DNA of 64,000 nt from Thermofilaceae archaeon (GCA_038861545.1 JAWCCZ010000006.1:12079-76078), one strand, 5' to 3'; numbered from the stretch's first letter, positions 1 through 10,211 are shown. A program made the numbers and translations. Notes: generated by a model from the sequence alone, not told the origin.

Positions 1-810
1 GGTCGCCGTAGCATTCAATGTCGTGGTTTTCCCACTCGCAGTTGCGCCTACCACCATTACGCTTCTCCTGGATTCCACTACCAGCCACAGGTAAGCTGCA
101 AGCTGAACCGAGACAGTACCCAGCCTAATCAAGTCGACGATGGAGAACGGAACTTCCCTGAACTTTCTCACCGTAAACGTTCCGCCTCTCCGTGTCACTT
201 CTGATAAAGTGGCGTGGAGCCTGTACCCTTCGGGTAAAGCTCCCTCGACAATAGGTTGGGCAACCGAGATGTGCTTACCAGCTTTATGCGTAAGCCTCAC
301 TATCTCTCTCTCAAGCTCGTCCGGCGCCTGGAACACTATGTTAGTGGGTAGTGATTCATACCGGTTATGCCAAACATAAACGGGTAGCCCGATACCATCA
401 CAGGATATGTCCTCAACGTTGGGATCTCTGATCAGAACTTCCAAGCGACCGTAGCCAAGCGTGTCTCTCCTAGTATAGTAGAATATTTTATCGAAGGATT
501 CTTTGGGTATCGGCAGCTTGTACTTCTTCACAATTTGTTCTAGTCTTTCCCGAAGAACAGCCTCAGCTCCTTTCCTCCTCAGCTCGTCTAAGGCCGGCTT
601 CTGCGATCCAAAGAGTATTCTCTTAACTTCCGCGATAACAGCTTCATCCTGAGGCGTCAAAACAGGTTCGATTACTCTATACAGCATGCGTCCCGTTCGG
701 CGGTCCCTAGTGACTGCTACGTACGCGTAAGGCTGCACTACTTCATAAAGGTCGACTACGCTTTCATGTTGTGGAATAGGCGGCAAAACTTGTTCGGTTT
801 TCGAGCTCAT
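1..810 (-). CDS. Type II/IV secretion (type IV pilus/archaellum-type, TadA/FlaI/VirB11 family) ATPase, 5' part; runs off the left edge
   Basis: Not in ORF track. ATG at 810 gives MSSKTEQVLPP...; includes LGYGRLEVLIRDPNVEDISCDG and Walker A VVGATASGKTTTLNA at the window edge. Confidence 0.9.
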   Translation of the reverse strand, partial: MSSKTEQVLPPIPQHESVVDLYEVVQPYAYVAVTRDRRTGRMLYRVIEPVLTPQDEAVIAEVKRILFGSQKPALDELRRKGAEAVLRERLEQIVKKYKLPIPKESFDKIFYYTRRDTLGYGRLEVLIRDPNVEDISCDGIGLPVYVWHNRYESLPTNIVFQAPDELEREIVRLTHKAGKHISVAQPIVEGALPEGYRLHATLSEVTRRGGTFTVRKFREVPFSIVDLIRLGTVSVQLAAYLWLVVESRRSVMVVGATASGKTTTLNATAT

Positions 811-874
811 TTAAGATTTAATGAAAGATAAACACTTATAACCTTATCTTGTAACAACTAAGTAGGAATAAGCT

Positions 875-1867
875 ATGGCTACAGCTGCCCGGGAGCTGCT
901 AGACCCTAAAATAAAGAGGGAACCCCCAGTCGAGGTGCTGTACGACGCTATCTCCCAGGTAATCAGGGATGGAAAGGAGCTTTTAGCTCCAGCGGTTTCC
1001 TACACCGCAGGCGTGGTTTACGTGGACATATTGAAGGTCGTAACGAGGTACGGGGTACGCGACATCGACGTGCTTGAAAAGCTAAGCGAGCTGGGCGCGC
1101 TTGAAAAAGAGTACCACGATTCAATGGTTGAATGCCCTAAATGCGAGTCGTTCAGGCTTTTCGGGAAACTGAAGTGCCCTAACTGCGGTTCCGAGAGACT
1201 TAGGAAAATTTCGCTCGTATCTCACCTCAAGTGCGGTACTGTTAGCAATGTGGGAGAAGAGTCTAGAGCCTTCTGCTCCAGATGTGGGGAACAGCTTAAC
1301 GAGAAGAACTCAGTTATCGTAGGCAGGCTTTTCAACTGCTTAGACTGCGGCGCGAGGTTTGAAAACCCCTTGCCATCCTACCGTTGCTCGGACTGCAACT
1401 ATGGGTTTGACTACAGGGAAGCTCGCTATGTAATCCTGTACAGTTACAGGGTGAAGAGAGAAGTAGCTGCGCGCGCGGCTAAGCAGCTACTCGTAAGAGG
1501 GGCTCAGGAGGTAGTGAAAACTTACACGTTATCAGTCAATGTTTCAGCTCAAGTGACTGGCAAGAGCGGATATCAGCACCCAGTTGATTTAGTGTTAAGC
1601 GACGGTAAAGGAACAGTGTATATAGACTTAGTGCCAGACTACGCTGCATCGATGAGCGAAGCCTTGTCTGCTATAGCTAAGAGGAGCGACCTCACAGGCA
1701 AGCATGTATTGGTATCCCCGAAGAGCCTGGAAAACTCACTTCAAGCGCTAGCCATTAAAGCCGACGTGGTCACTTACTCAGATGCATCCGACATGCGGAC
1801 GAAGCTTTCCCAGCTGGTAGAAGAGGTCTTCAAAGGATCTACGCGAAGAGAGACCAGCCGGGGATAG
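875..1867 (+). CDS. TackOD1-like multi-zinc-ribbon protein with a C-terminal PD-(D/E)XK restriction-endonuclease-like domain
   Basis: Motifs CPKC, CPNC, HLKC, CSRC, CLDC, CSDC; C-terminal GKSGYQHPVDL...YID. Confidence 0.7.
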   Translation: MATAARELLDPKIKREPPVEVLYDAISQVIRDGKELLAPAVSYTAGVVYVDILKVVTRYGVRDIDVLEKLSELGALEKEYHDSMVECPKCESFRLFGKLKCPNCGSERLRKISLVSHLKCGTVSNVGEESRAFCSRCGEQLNEKNSVIVGRLFNCLDCGARFENPLPSYRCSDCNYGFDYREARYVILYSYRVKREVAARAAKQLLVRGAQEVVKTYTLSVNVSAQVTGKSGYQHPVDLVLSDGKGTVYIDLVPDYAASMSEALSAIAKRSDLTGKHVLVSPKSLENSLQALAIKADVVTYSDASDMRTKLSQLVEEVFKGSTRRETSRG

Positions 1868-1880
1868 CAGGAGCGCGAGT

Positions 1881-2759
1881 CTACCGCATTCTCCTTATCC
1901 TATACTCGCAGCACTCATCCCCTTTTGCTGCACATTTCGTTTCGTCTACTGTAATGTCATCGATTCCAGCTTTCCAGTAGCCTGCAGCTATGCCTGAGAT
2001 AAACCCTCTTACAATGGCGCCCCTTGCCCCCTTTTCATTCTTGAAAATGGAGCATTCAAAGCTGTTGTAGACTCTGGCGATGCACTCACCGCCGGTAATC
2101 TTTTCGAATTTAAGTATTCCATAACCTAACATTCTAAAAACTTCTTCAATTAATTTGAATCGTTCATCGATACTATAGGGAAGATTATCGATGTGAACTT
2201 CGTACTCTCTTTTAGCCCCGTTAAAAAATGCGCGGTAGAGCACTGCGGCAAAAGCCGGTCCGAGTTCTCTCCACCCACCTTTTAACATACCCTCAAGCAT
2301 CCCTTGATTCATGATGAAAGCCCTTTCGCCTTGGAACGTAAGCGGAAACGACCATGTATCCACAACTATACCGTTAAACAGCGGGGGAGCATAGTTAGCA
2401 TTAACCACATGCTTCCGACGCTTTAAGTTGTCCGCTAGCCTGTCAGCAAGCTTTTCCTTACCCTTTAAATCCACAGCGATTAAAACTCTGACTGGGTCGC
2501 CCGGGTTAGTAGTCGATACTTTAACTTGGAGTATTTGCAACTCTTCGCCTGAGAATACAGAAAGCAGTTCAGCCAGTATACCCACTTCTCGAAAGGCTTC
2601 AGGTTTTAGCGTAATGTTGTAGTAGTAGGGTCTAGCATCAGGTGCGAAGATTAAGCGCCCTACCTCGTAGGGTTTCCACCCCACTACCTCTTTTTCACTT
2701 GAAAAAAGACTCATGGTCTTAGGAGAAGGCTTTAGCACGTATATATAGGTTCTGCTCAA
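1881..2759 (-). CDS. ACT-like + V4R domain small-molecule-binding/regulatory protein
   Basis: N-terminal ACT-like GILAELLSVFS...ILQV; C-terminal V4R signature LGYG...SFEC...RGFISG...ETKCAAKGDECCEY. Confidence 0.8.
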   Translation of the reverse strand: MSRTYIYVLKPSPKTMSLFSSEKEVVGWKPYEVGRLIFAPDARPYYYNITLKPEAFREVGILAELLSVFSGEELQILQVKVSTTNPGDPVRVLIAVDLKGKEKLADRLADNLKRRKHVVNANYAPPLFNGIVVDTWSFPLTFQGERAFIMNQGMLEGMLKGGWRELGPAFAAVLYRAFFNGAKREYEVHIDNLPYSIDERFKLIEEVFRMLGYGILKFEKITGGECIARVYNSFECSIFKNEKGARGAIVRGFISGIAAGYWKAGIDDITVDETKCAAKGDECCEYRIRRMR

Positions 2760-2864
2760 TGAATAACTCCTCGATCTGCCTCTAATACTTTGAAATAAAC
2801 TTTGGCAGCAACTAGGTTAACGCTGTAGTTGTTCTAAAAAAGCGTTCTTTAAACCGCTACTTCT

Positions 2865-4061
2865 TTAACTTGAAGACTCCAATGTTTCCGCTACTCTATC
2901 GGCGAGTCCTCCTCCGCCGAAGCGTGCCCAAATAGCACATGTGCCTTCGCTTGAAACCATACAGGGACCGTAAGGTTTCAACGGTGTGCAAGCTCTCATA
3001 AACAGTGGGCAATCAACCGGCTTCGCGAGGCCCATAATTACTTCCGGGCATCTGCATCCATTATGCATATTTTTCTTCTCCTCTACTTTCTTTAAACCAT
3101 ACGCATCATACGCGTCATAAACTTTATAGAAGGTTTTAAGCTCGAGACCACTCGATGGTATAAAGCCTAGTCCGCGCCAGTGGGAGTCCACGACTTCAAA
3201 AACATTTTCAATTAATTTCTTCGCAAGCATGTTTCCGTTCCAAGAAACCACACGCGTGTACTCAATCCTAGCGCCAGATACCTTGTTGAGGATCATCTTC
3301 AGGAGAACTGAAATTGATATCAGTAAATCTATTGGCTCGAAGCCGGATACCACGGCTGGGAGCCTGAGATCTTTGGCCAGCTGATCCCACGGCCCCGCTC
3401 CTATTACAGCGGAAACGTGGCCTGGCGCTATAATGCCACTCACAGGGTCCAACCCATGTTCCGTAATAGTGAGAATAGCATGTCTTGCGGCAGGTGGAGT
3501 TAAACGCAATGCCGTTAACAATTTCAAGTTGTCTGGCACGGCTCCCCGGGATAGGGGGAGTGCATAGCTAGGAGCAGTAGTCTCGAAACCGATCGCGAGA
3601 AATACGGACTCTCTACCGGAAACTCTAACATGTTTTACGGCATCTAGGAAGCTGTAAACCACCTTCACGTCGCCTCCCTGAGCTTTCGCCTCAGCAAGGT
3701 TGCGCGTACCTTGAACCTGTCTCATAGCTGGCAACTTGTATGCGTCACCGAATGTGTAAACTGTGATTCCATCTAACGCTAACTTAATTGCGTTCTCAAT
3801 GCAATACGAGGGAGTTATACAAACAGGACATCCAGGTCCAGCAATGAGCTCAACATTCGGCGGCATAAGGCTTCTAACCCCATAATGGACTGTAGTCCAC
3901 TCATGTGTACCGCAGAAGTTCATTAACTTAATGGGTTTTTTCCCACGTTGCGCGAGTTCTGACGCCAGCTTGTGAAGTAGTTTGGTGACACGTTGCGCGA
4001 GTTCTTTATTCTTCAGTAGTAGATTCAAATTATTTTCTATGGGCTGCAAGTCAAACACCAC
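2865..4061 (-). CDS. hypD: [NiFe]-hydrogenase maturation protein HypD
   Basis: CGTHE, GPGCPVC, GFETT, PGHVS, GFEP and GPCMVSSEGTC motifs. Confidence 0.97.
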   Translation of the reverse strand: MVFDLQPIENNLNLLLKNKELAQRVTKLLHKLASELAQRGKKPIKLMNFCGTHEWTTVHYGVRSLMPPNVELIAGPGCPVCITPSYCIENAIKLALDGITVYTFGDAYKLPAMRQVQGTRNLAEAKAQGGDVKVVYSFLDAVKHVRVSGRESVFLAIGFETTAPSYALPLSRGAVPDNLKLLTALRLTPPAARHAILTITEHGLDPVSGIIAPGHVSAVIGAGPWDQLAKDLRLPAVVSGFEPIDLLISISVLLKMILNKVSGARIEYTRVVSWNGNMLAKKLIENVFEVVDSHWRGLGFIPSSGLELKTFYKVYDAYDAYGLKKVEEKKNMHNGCRCPEVIMGLAKPVDCPLFMRACTPLKPYGPCMVSSEGTCAIWARFGGGGLADRVAETLESSS

Positions 4062-4110
4062 CTTACTCGATGGAAGTTAACTAACAATCCTCTTTAATCC
4101 TTCTATGTTA

Positions 4111-4470
4111 CTAACAGGTTAGATGGAAAGCGCCTAAAACCCTCCTACCTTCTTCTACAAGTATATTATATAGTTCTACGGCTTTTCTTGTATCTGCTAT
4201 GTATACCTTAACTCCTTTAGCTTTGAAGTAATCAGTTACTTCTTCTAGAACCTCCATCATACCGTTATAACCTGTACCTATTACCACGTATTCAATGTCT
4301 GAGTTCTTCAATTCACCAAAGTCCTTCAACTTTAGTAGGTGTCCTTCCCCACGCCACCATGGGCTTAAAACACCTCTGGGCGTAATTATCAGATCACTGC
4401 TGTATGCTTTTCCAGCTATAACTATTTTCCCGAATTTGTACTCTTCGATACGGTGTTGCATATGGAACAT
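4111..4470 (-). CDS. Mth938-like (DUF498) protein
   Basis: YKFGKIVI, VVIGTG, C-terminal AFHLTC. Confidence 0.88.
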   Translation of the reverse strand: MFHMQHRIEEYKFGKIVIAGKAYSSDLIITPRGVLSPWWRGEGHLLKLKDFGELKNSDIEYVVIGTGYNGMMEVLEEVTDYFKAKGVKVYIADTRKAVELYNILVEEGRRVLGAFHLTC

Positions 4471-4484
4471 TTTGTAACTATGGT

Positions 4485-5171
4485 TTAAACTTTGCTTTCA
4501 GAAAGCCTTGCCGCGTCTATAGCCCCCCTCAGTAGCATATACGCCCTTATAGCATCCTCTCTTTGCACAATAAAGAGCGTGTCCGTGTGAGTAGAGATAA
4601 GCTGAGTGATGTTAACCCCATGAAACCCTAGTAGAGTAGCCAAGTAGGCTATCACTCCAGGTGTGGTTATTATATCGGGAGGACTTACCAACACCACAGC
4701 AGCTTGATCCCTGTATACGGCTTCGATCCACTGACGTTCTAGCTCGCTTAACATGCTGTCTATATAGTCGTCATCCGTAACAATTGTAAGTGTTCGAATC
4801 CCTTGAGTAAGTTGAAAAAGACGAGCTTTCGGTGCCGTACTCAGTGCTTTAGAAAGCAAGGTTAGCGGGTCTATCCCCCTTAAAGTCAAAAGCCCTACAT
4901 CGTCTATCAGCGAGGCGGTGCTTTCCCTAATAACTTTAAGCACGTCTACACTACTTACTCGTGCAGTAAACTGATCATGAAATCTTAAAATAGCCATTTT
5001 TACCGCTGCCTCGCTCACTTTTCTGCCCAGTTTATTCTCAACTTCTTTTTTCAACAGACGCGCTAAAGCTGAATAATTAACGATTTGCATTTCTAGTGAA
5101 GCCAAAATAAGCGGTTTGGATAAAAGTAGCTCTTGAACTACTCGGCTAACATTCCCATATTCCCACTGCAT
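4485..5171 (-). CDS. Archaeal ACT-domain regulator, probably of amino-acid metabolism
   Basis: IVNYSALAR...AVKMAILR N-terminus; C-terminal ACT TPGVIAYL...GVNITQLIS; divergent from the amino-acid ABC operon. Confidence 0.8.
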   Translation of the reverse strand: MQWEYGNVSRVVQELLLSKPLILASLEMQIVNYSALARLLKKEVENKLGRKVSEAAVKMAILRFHDQFTARVSSVDVLKVIRESTASLIDDVGLLTLRGIDPLTLLSKALSTAPKARLFQLTQGIRTLTIVTDDDYIDSMLSELERQWIEAVYRDQAAVVLVSPPDIITTPGVIAYLATLLGFHGVNITQLISTHTDTLFIVQREDAIRAYMLLRGAIDAARLSESKV

Positions 5172-5320
5172 GTTAAGAAAAGTAATTTAAGAAGTATTTT
5201 AGCTATACTATGTACCATTAATTTAAAATTTGTTTTATTTGTAACAAAAATGGTTTAACACATCACTGACTATATCATAATGAATTTTTAGCAATACACC
5301 GAAGCCCTCTTTGATAGGAA

Positions 5321-6139
5321 ATGGTTTCGAAAAACATTTTATGGATTTTAGTAGCCTTTATAGCGGGTTTAGCTGTTGGTTACTTTTTACCAATGCTTGT
5401 TCAGCAAGGAGGTGAGCAGTATGTTCAAAAAATTAAGCAGAGAGGAGTCCTTATAATGGGTACTTCTGCTGATTGGCCACCTTTCGAGTACGTGGACAAA
5501 GCTGGGAACGTTGTGGGAATAGATGCGGAGATCGCGAAAAGAATAGCTCAGGAGCTTGGAGTGAGGTTAGAGGTTAAGGATATGAAGTTTGCTGCGCTTA
5601 TTGAAGCTCTAAAAGGAGGGCAAGTAGATATTGTATTAGCCGATATGACTCCCACGGCGGAGCGGGGTAAACAGGTAGATTTCTCCATACCTTACTACTT
5701 CAGCAAAGGTAATGCAGTAATTGTGTTGGAGAGTCGTTTAGGTGAGTTTAAAGGTATTAACGACTTTCATGGGAAAAAAGTTGGCGTGCAGTTAGGTACA
5801 ATTCAAGAGGAGTGGGCTAACGATAACTTAGGTGGTAAGGCTGAGGTAATTCCGTATGATAGAGTGTACCCAGAGATGGTTATGGCGCTTCAAAGAGGAG
5901 ACATTGATGCTATAATTGTCGGAGATATCATGGCAGACGCTGTGATGCATAAGGTTTCAGGCCTGGAGTTAGCTTTTTACGCTGGAGGTACTAGAATTGG
6001 TGCGGCTGTAGCTGTGCCTAAAGGCGCTGATGATCTACTTTACGTGGTTAACAGTGTAATCGAAAATATGCTAGAGAGTGGCGAGATGGAGGCGCTGCTA
6101 CAAACAGAAGTTTCAAAGTGGCTTGAAGCTGGCGGCTGA
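5321..6139 (+). CDS. Polar amino-acid ABC transporter substrate-binding protein (SBP family 3)
   Basis: N-terminal TM; GTSADWPPFEY, GIDAEIA, VGVQLGT. Confidence 0.93.
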   Translation: MVSKNILWILVAFIAGLAVGYFLPMLVQQGGEQYVQKIKQRGVLIMGTSADWPPFEYVDKAGNVVGIDAEIAKRIAQELGVRLEVKDMKFAALIEALKGGQVDIVLADMTPTAERGKQVDFSIPYYFSKGNAVIVLESRLGEFKGINDFHGKKVGVQLGTIQEEWANDNLGGKAEVIPYDRVYPEMVMALQRGDIDAIIVGDIMADAVMHKVSGLELAFYAGGTRIGAAVAVPKGADDLLYVVNSVIENMLESGEMEALLQTEVSKWLEAGG

Positions 6140-6157
6140 GGTAAAGGGATGATGTAA

Positions 6158-6829
6158 ATGGAGCCTTTGTTCTTCATCTTAGGTATAATACCAGATCTGA
6201 TTAGGGGCTTATGGATTACTCTTCAGATTAGCCTGATTTCTTTTGCTTTAGGAATCATGCTTGCAATCGTCCTAGCTCCTGTGAGGGTTTTCGCACCTGA
6301 GCCAGCTCCTTTAATCATAAGAGGGTATGTTGAAGCTTTCAGGGGGACACCTCTGCTTGTGCAGCTATTGCTTATATATTTCGGTCTTCCATCTCTAGGA
6401 ATCAAGCTCGACGCTTACGCTGCATGTGTGCTAGCTTTGGGTTTAAACAGCGCCGCCTATCAAGCGGAAATTTTCAGGGGTGCAATGAAAAGCATTCCGG
6501 AAACACAGTTCCTTGCGGCTGAATCGCTCGGCTTTAGTGAAGGTCAGACTTATAGATATGTTGTGCTTCCACAGGCGCTCAGGGTAGCGACTCCAGCGCT
6601 TGTAAACGAGCTAGTAACATTGGTCAAAGAGAGTTCTTTAGCATCTGTCATAGGTGTGGTGGAGCTCACGAGAAGGGGGGAGTATCTAGTCGCTTATACA
6701 TTTAGAGCCCTAGAGGTTTACATGGCGGTCGCGCTAGTATACCTAGTTGTTTGCGCACTTGCATCACAGGCAGTTAAACAGCTTGAATCAAAGTTTAGGA
6801 TACCGGGTTACGAGAAGGTGGTAGCATGA
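6158..6829 (+). CDS. Polar amino-acid ABC transporter permease
   Basis: FRGTPLLVQL, AAYQAEIFRG, LVKESSL. Confidence 0.95.
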   Translation: MEPLFFILGIIPDLIRGLWITLQISLISFALGIMLAIVLAPVRVFAPEPAPLIIRGYVEAFRGTPLLVQLLLIYFGLPSLGIKLDAYAACVLALGLNSAAYQAEIFRGAMKSIPETQFLAAESLGFSEGQTYRYVVLPQALRVATPALVNELVTLVKESSLASVIGVVELTRRGEYLVAYTFRALEVYMAVALVYLVVCALASQAVKQLESKFRIPGYEKVVA

Positions 6830-7581
6830 ATGACTTTCTACTGAAAGTTGAGGAGCTTAGAGCCGGCTACGATGGCCTTGAGGTGCTGAAAGGCGTCAAT
6901 CTCAATTTAAGTAGAAGTGAGAAAGTGGTGGTAATGGGACCTAGCGGCTCCGGGAAAAGTACTCTATTAAAGTGCATAGTAAGACTGGTTGAACCTTGGG
7001 GTGGCAGGATCTTCCTTGATGGAGACGAAGTGACCTGCAAGCAGGTCGACCTGAGAAGGATTAGGGCTAAAACCGGTTTCGTTTTTCAGCAATATAACCT
7101 GTTCCCACATATGACCGTATTGAAGAACTTAACTTTACCCTTAGAAATCGTAAAGAAAATGTCGAGGTCGGAAGCCGAGAGTAAAGCGATGTATATGCTG
7201 AAAGCTTTCGGGCTTGAAGAGTTTGCTGATAAATACCCGCTTCAACTGAGCGGTGGTCAGCAACAAAGAGTTGCAATTGCTAGGGCGCTGGTGATGGAGC
7301 CAGTTCTTCTCTTGCTCGATGAACCGACTTCAGCTTTAGATCCAGAGCTCAGACAGGAAGTTTTGGATACTCTATTAGAAGTGGCGAGGCAAGGGAGGTC
7401 CATGCTTATAGTGACTCACGAGCTGGATTTTGCCGAAGCGGCTGCTGATAGGTTAATTTTAATGGATAACGGGTTAGTAGTGGAAGAGGGTGATCCGTGG
7501 GAGCTGCTTCATACACCTAGAAGCGATAGAGCCCGTAGATTCTTAGTTAAGATCGCTAAGAGCGCTCAATCAGCTGCTTAA
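6826..7581 (+). CDS. Polar amino-acid ABC transporter ATP-binding protein
   Basis: GPSGSGKST, LSGGQQQR, LLDEPTSALDPE; ATGA overlap with the permease. Confidence 0.95.
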   Translation: MNDFLLKVEELRAGYDGLEVLKGVNLNLSRSEKVVVMGPSGSGKSTLLKCIVRLVEPWGGRIFLDGDEVTCKQVDLRRIRAKTGFVFQQYNLFPHMTVLKNLTLPLEIVKKMSRSEAESKAMYMLKAFGLEEFADKYPLQLSGGQQQRVAIARALVMEPVLLLLDEPTSALDPELRQEVLDTLLEVARQGRSMLIVTHELDFAEAAADRLILMDNGLVVEEGDPWELLHTPRSDRARRFLVKIAKSAQSAA

Positions 7582-7981
7582 TTTTGCTCAGGTACCTAGC
7601 AATCTTCACTGTTTCCGGCTCTATTTCCCAAACTTTCCCTCCCTCAATAACTAGGTGTTTTCTCGGAAAGCCTCCCACGATTTTGTCTACTTCCTCCACA
7701 GCTAGGTGAAGTTGTAAACAGTGGGGGCTTCCATCTACTGTTAACACAGAAACATTTTCGAGCTGAATCCTAGAGGCTATGGAAGCCAGCTTTAGCGCGA
7801 CAACATTGAACTGGTATTCTTCCATGCAAACAGCAAGGGGAACCCGATTCTCCGCGTATTTCTCATAGATCTGAGGATACTCGTCTCGTATACATGTTCC
7901 ATATATAAGCAGGCGTTTGCTTTCCCTAAGCTCCTTACAGGCAACATTGACATCGAGCAGCTTTCTATATGGGCCCTTCAC
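7556..7981 (-). CDS. Conserved Cys-containing protein, possibly Fe-S binding
   Basis: YGTC, AVCME and VDGSPHC cysteine motifs; coupled to the upstream ORF by an ATGA-type overlap. Confidence 0.5.
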   Translation of the reverse strand: MKGPYRKLLDVNVACKELRESKRLLIYGTCIRDEYPQIYEKYAENRVPLAVCMEEYQFNVVALKLASIASRIQLENVSVLTVDGSPHCLQLHLAVEEVDKIVGGFPRKHLVIEGGKVWEIEPETVKIARYLSKIKQLIERS

Positions 7982-8433
7982 TGTACTTCCTCACTGTAAC
8001 TATCTATGATCGTTTTCACCTTATCGAGGAGCGGCGCAAGATCCTCCGCTTCGGCTTTCTCCAGCTCGTGTAAAAGTGTTCTTAACTCGTCCCTGTAGTG
8101 GCTGGATATACTTTCCCCCTTATCGATCAGCGTGGCTATCATTCTTCTAGCTAAACAGCTGGCCTCATCCTTTGTCGCTGATGCTAGTCTTGCCTTCCAA
8201 TCGCTCCAGATCTTTACTTTACTCTCATCCAAGTTAACCGATAAAAGGGCATACTCTTTGACAGCTACTACCAGCTCGTTACCTAGGACGTAAGTGTATA
8301 CAAGGTTTGGGGCTTCCGTGGTAAGCCTCCTTAAAGCGTTAAGCAAGCTTTCTTCTCTTAGAGTAGCTGCAAGGACGCGCGCGTCTTCAAGCGTCGGCCT
8401 GATCGCCTCTATACCGGTGACGGATCGTTCCAC
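7978..8433 (-). CDS. Hypothetical protein
   Basis: 151-aa ORF with plausible composition; TATA-like TTTAAT about 21 nt upstream. Confidence 0.6.
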   Translation of the reverse strand: MERSVTGIEAIRPTLEDARVLAATLREESLLNALRRLTTEAPNLVYTYVLGNELVVAVKEYALLSVNLDESKVKIWSDWKARLASATKDEASCLARRMIATLIDKGESISSHYRDELRTLLHELEKAEAEDLAPLLDKVKTIIDSYSEEVQ

Positions 8434-8625
8434 ATGGTTGGCGTGAAAAACTCATTAAATAATTTTCCGGTAAATTTAACGACTCAAACACCAGTTAGTA
8501 ACGCAATTTGTCAAGATTTGTTGGCTTTCATTAAAGAATTGTATAGTTACAAGGTATAGAGTAACGGGCTACAGATACTGTTGAGACAGTGGGAAAGAGG
8601 GTGAAACTTTCAAGCTTATGAGTTT

Positions 8626-9633
8626 TTATAGTATTTTTCCTCTAACCTCATATCCTTTACTGCAAAGCTCTGCGACGCCTTTCTTCAACGCCTCCCTTAG
8701 TTCAGCAGCCTTTTCCTCCGGTAGGGAATCATAGGTGAATGTCCACGCGCCCCACTCGATTCCGGCTGCATACTTCAGCTTATCTTTATCTCGGTGTAGA
8801 GGGTAGAACTCGAGATGTAAATGATAATACTCAGCGTTCAGCTTGCAAGGCTTTTGGTGGAAAATTAACATATAGGGGAGGCTGAAACTGAATAAATTGT
8901 TATACATGGCCGTAGTAACCTTAAGTATATCAGCAAGGAGAAATACTTCCCATTCGTTTAACTCTGTTAAAGAGCTTACATGCCTATTCGGGTAGACGTG
9001 TACCTCATAAGGCCACATCGCAAAGAAGGGGAGAAAAGCCGTGAAGCTGTCATTTGCGTATAGAAGTCTAACTCCCTCCCCCTTTTCAAGCTCGAGAATC
9101 CTACATAAAAGACAACCTCCCTTCTTCTCCCAGTAACGCTTCATGTTCTTAACCTCTTGCTGAACTCGTGGAGGAATGAAAGGTAACGCGTAAACTTGGC
9201 TGTGAGGATGAGTAAGCGATACTCCAATAACTTCACCCTTATTTCGGAAAGGTATAACGTATTGAATTTCGGGGTCGCTGCAGAGTTCTTTAGTTACCCG
9301 AGATAATTCTTGAATGTATTTAACTATGTTTTCAAAGGGTATATCGCTTAAATCACCTTCATGTTGCGATGTTTCGATGATTACTTTACAGTAACCGTAG
9401 CCAGCTTTTACCTTATATAAATCGTTGCTTCCTCTTGAAGTCTTAGCATTCATCCTTAAGGCTGGGAATCTATTGTCAAGCGTTAGCACATCCCAGCCGT
9501 AACCTGTTTCTGGCGCCCCAGGGCAGAATGGGCATCCACCGCTGCGCCACGGCCTTCCCTTTCTCTTGCTAGAGACAACGATCCACGCCCCTAGGAGAGG
9601 ATTCCAACGAAGCTCATTATATGTTTCTTCCAT
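8626..9633 (-). CDS. galT: Galactose-1-phosphate uridylyltransferase
   Basis: ELRWNPL, CPFCPG, NRFPAL, GVSLTHPHSQ (HPH). Start moved from 9684 to ATG 9633 (MEETYNELRW). Confidence 0.95.
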   Translation of the reverse strand: MEETYNELRWNPLLGAWIVVSSKRKGRPWRSGGCPFCPGAPETGYGWDVLTLDNRFPALRMNAKTSRGSNDLYKVKAGYGYCKVIIETSQHEGDLSDIPFENIVKYIQELSRVTKELCSDPEIQYVIPFRNKGEVIGVSLTHPHSQVYALPFIPPRVQQEVKNMKRYWEKKGGCLLCRILELEKGEGVRLLYANDSFTAFLPFFAMWPYEVHVYPNRHVSSLTELNEWEVFLLADILKVTTAMYNNLFSFSLPYMLIFHQKPCKLNAEYYHLHLEFYPLHRDKDKLKYAAGIEWGAWTFTYDSLPEEKAAELREALKKGVAELCSKGYEVRGKIL

Positions 9634-9685
9634 CGAGAAACCCCGACCTGAGGCAAAGATAAATGTGTCCATATTGGTTCTCATC

Positions 9686-9925
9686 CTAGAGTCCTGCTAT
9701 ACTGTCTAGTGGGAAGTTTTCCTTCTCAGGATCACAGATAAGCCAGTGTTTTTCTGTGTTGAACGAACCTTCCAGTAAAACCTTTCTCAGGGCTGAGAAA
9801 TACTTCTTTTCAGCAACGGTTATGCTATGCTTCGAGTTTATTACTGAAACTACCACTTCCACGGCAAATAGAACTATTCTAGAAGAAGCATACTGGTCAA
9901 CAGGGTCTTCCCTAGCCCCTATCAT
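9686..9925 (-). CDS. Hypothetical protein; the frame stays open upstream to 10105 with no further ATG/GTG/TTG
   Basis: 79-aa ORF in the track; manual translation shows no stop until TAA at 10106-10108. Confidence 0.3.
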   Translation of the reverse strand: MIGAREDPVDQYASSRIVLFAVEVVVSVINSKHSITVAEKKYFSALRKVLLEGSFNTEKHWLICDPEKENFPLDSIAGL

Positions 9926-10211
9926 GGCATTGCGATGCCTTGCATCGTAAATAAGGGTTAGATGGATTGGTACCCTAAGACCCAGGGATACTAGTTCCGA
10001 TAAAAACCGAGAGTATCTATCTGAATGGAGTTCTAATGCGTGGAAAAATGTAATCGTTTTCTTTACTCTAGTGTCTTCCAGAAACGATAGAAAAACCTTA
10101 AACCTTTACTGTCAATAAAGAAAGATTCGCCATAACGTATATTGTTAACAGCCTTTTTCAACTATTTATTTTTAATTCCTCGCTTGGTTATTGTTTTTCC
10201 ATCGTAGTAAT

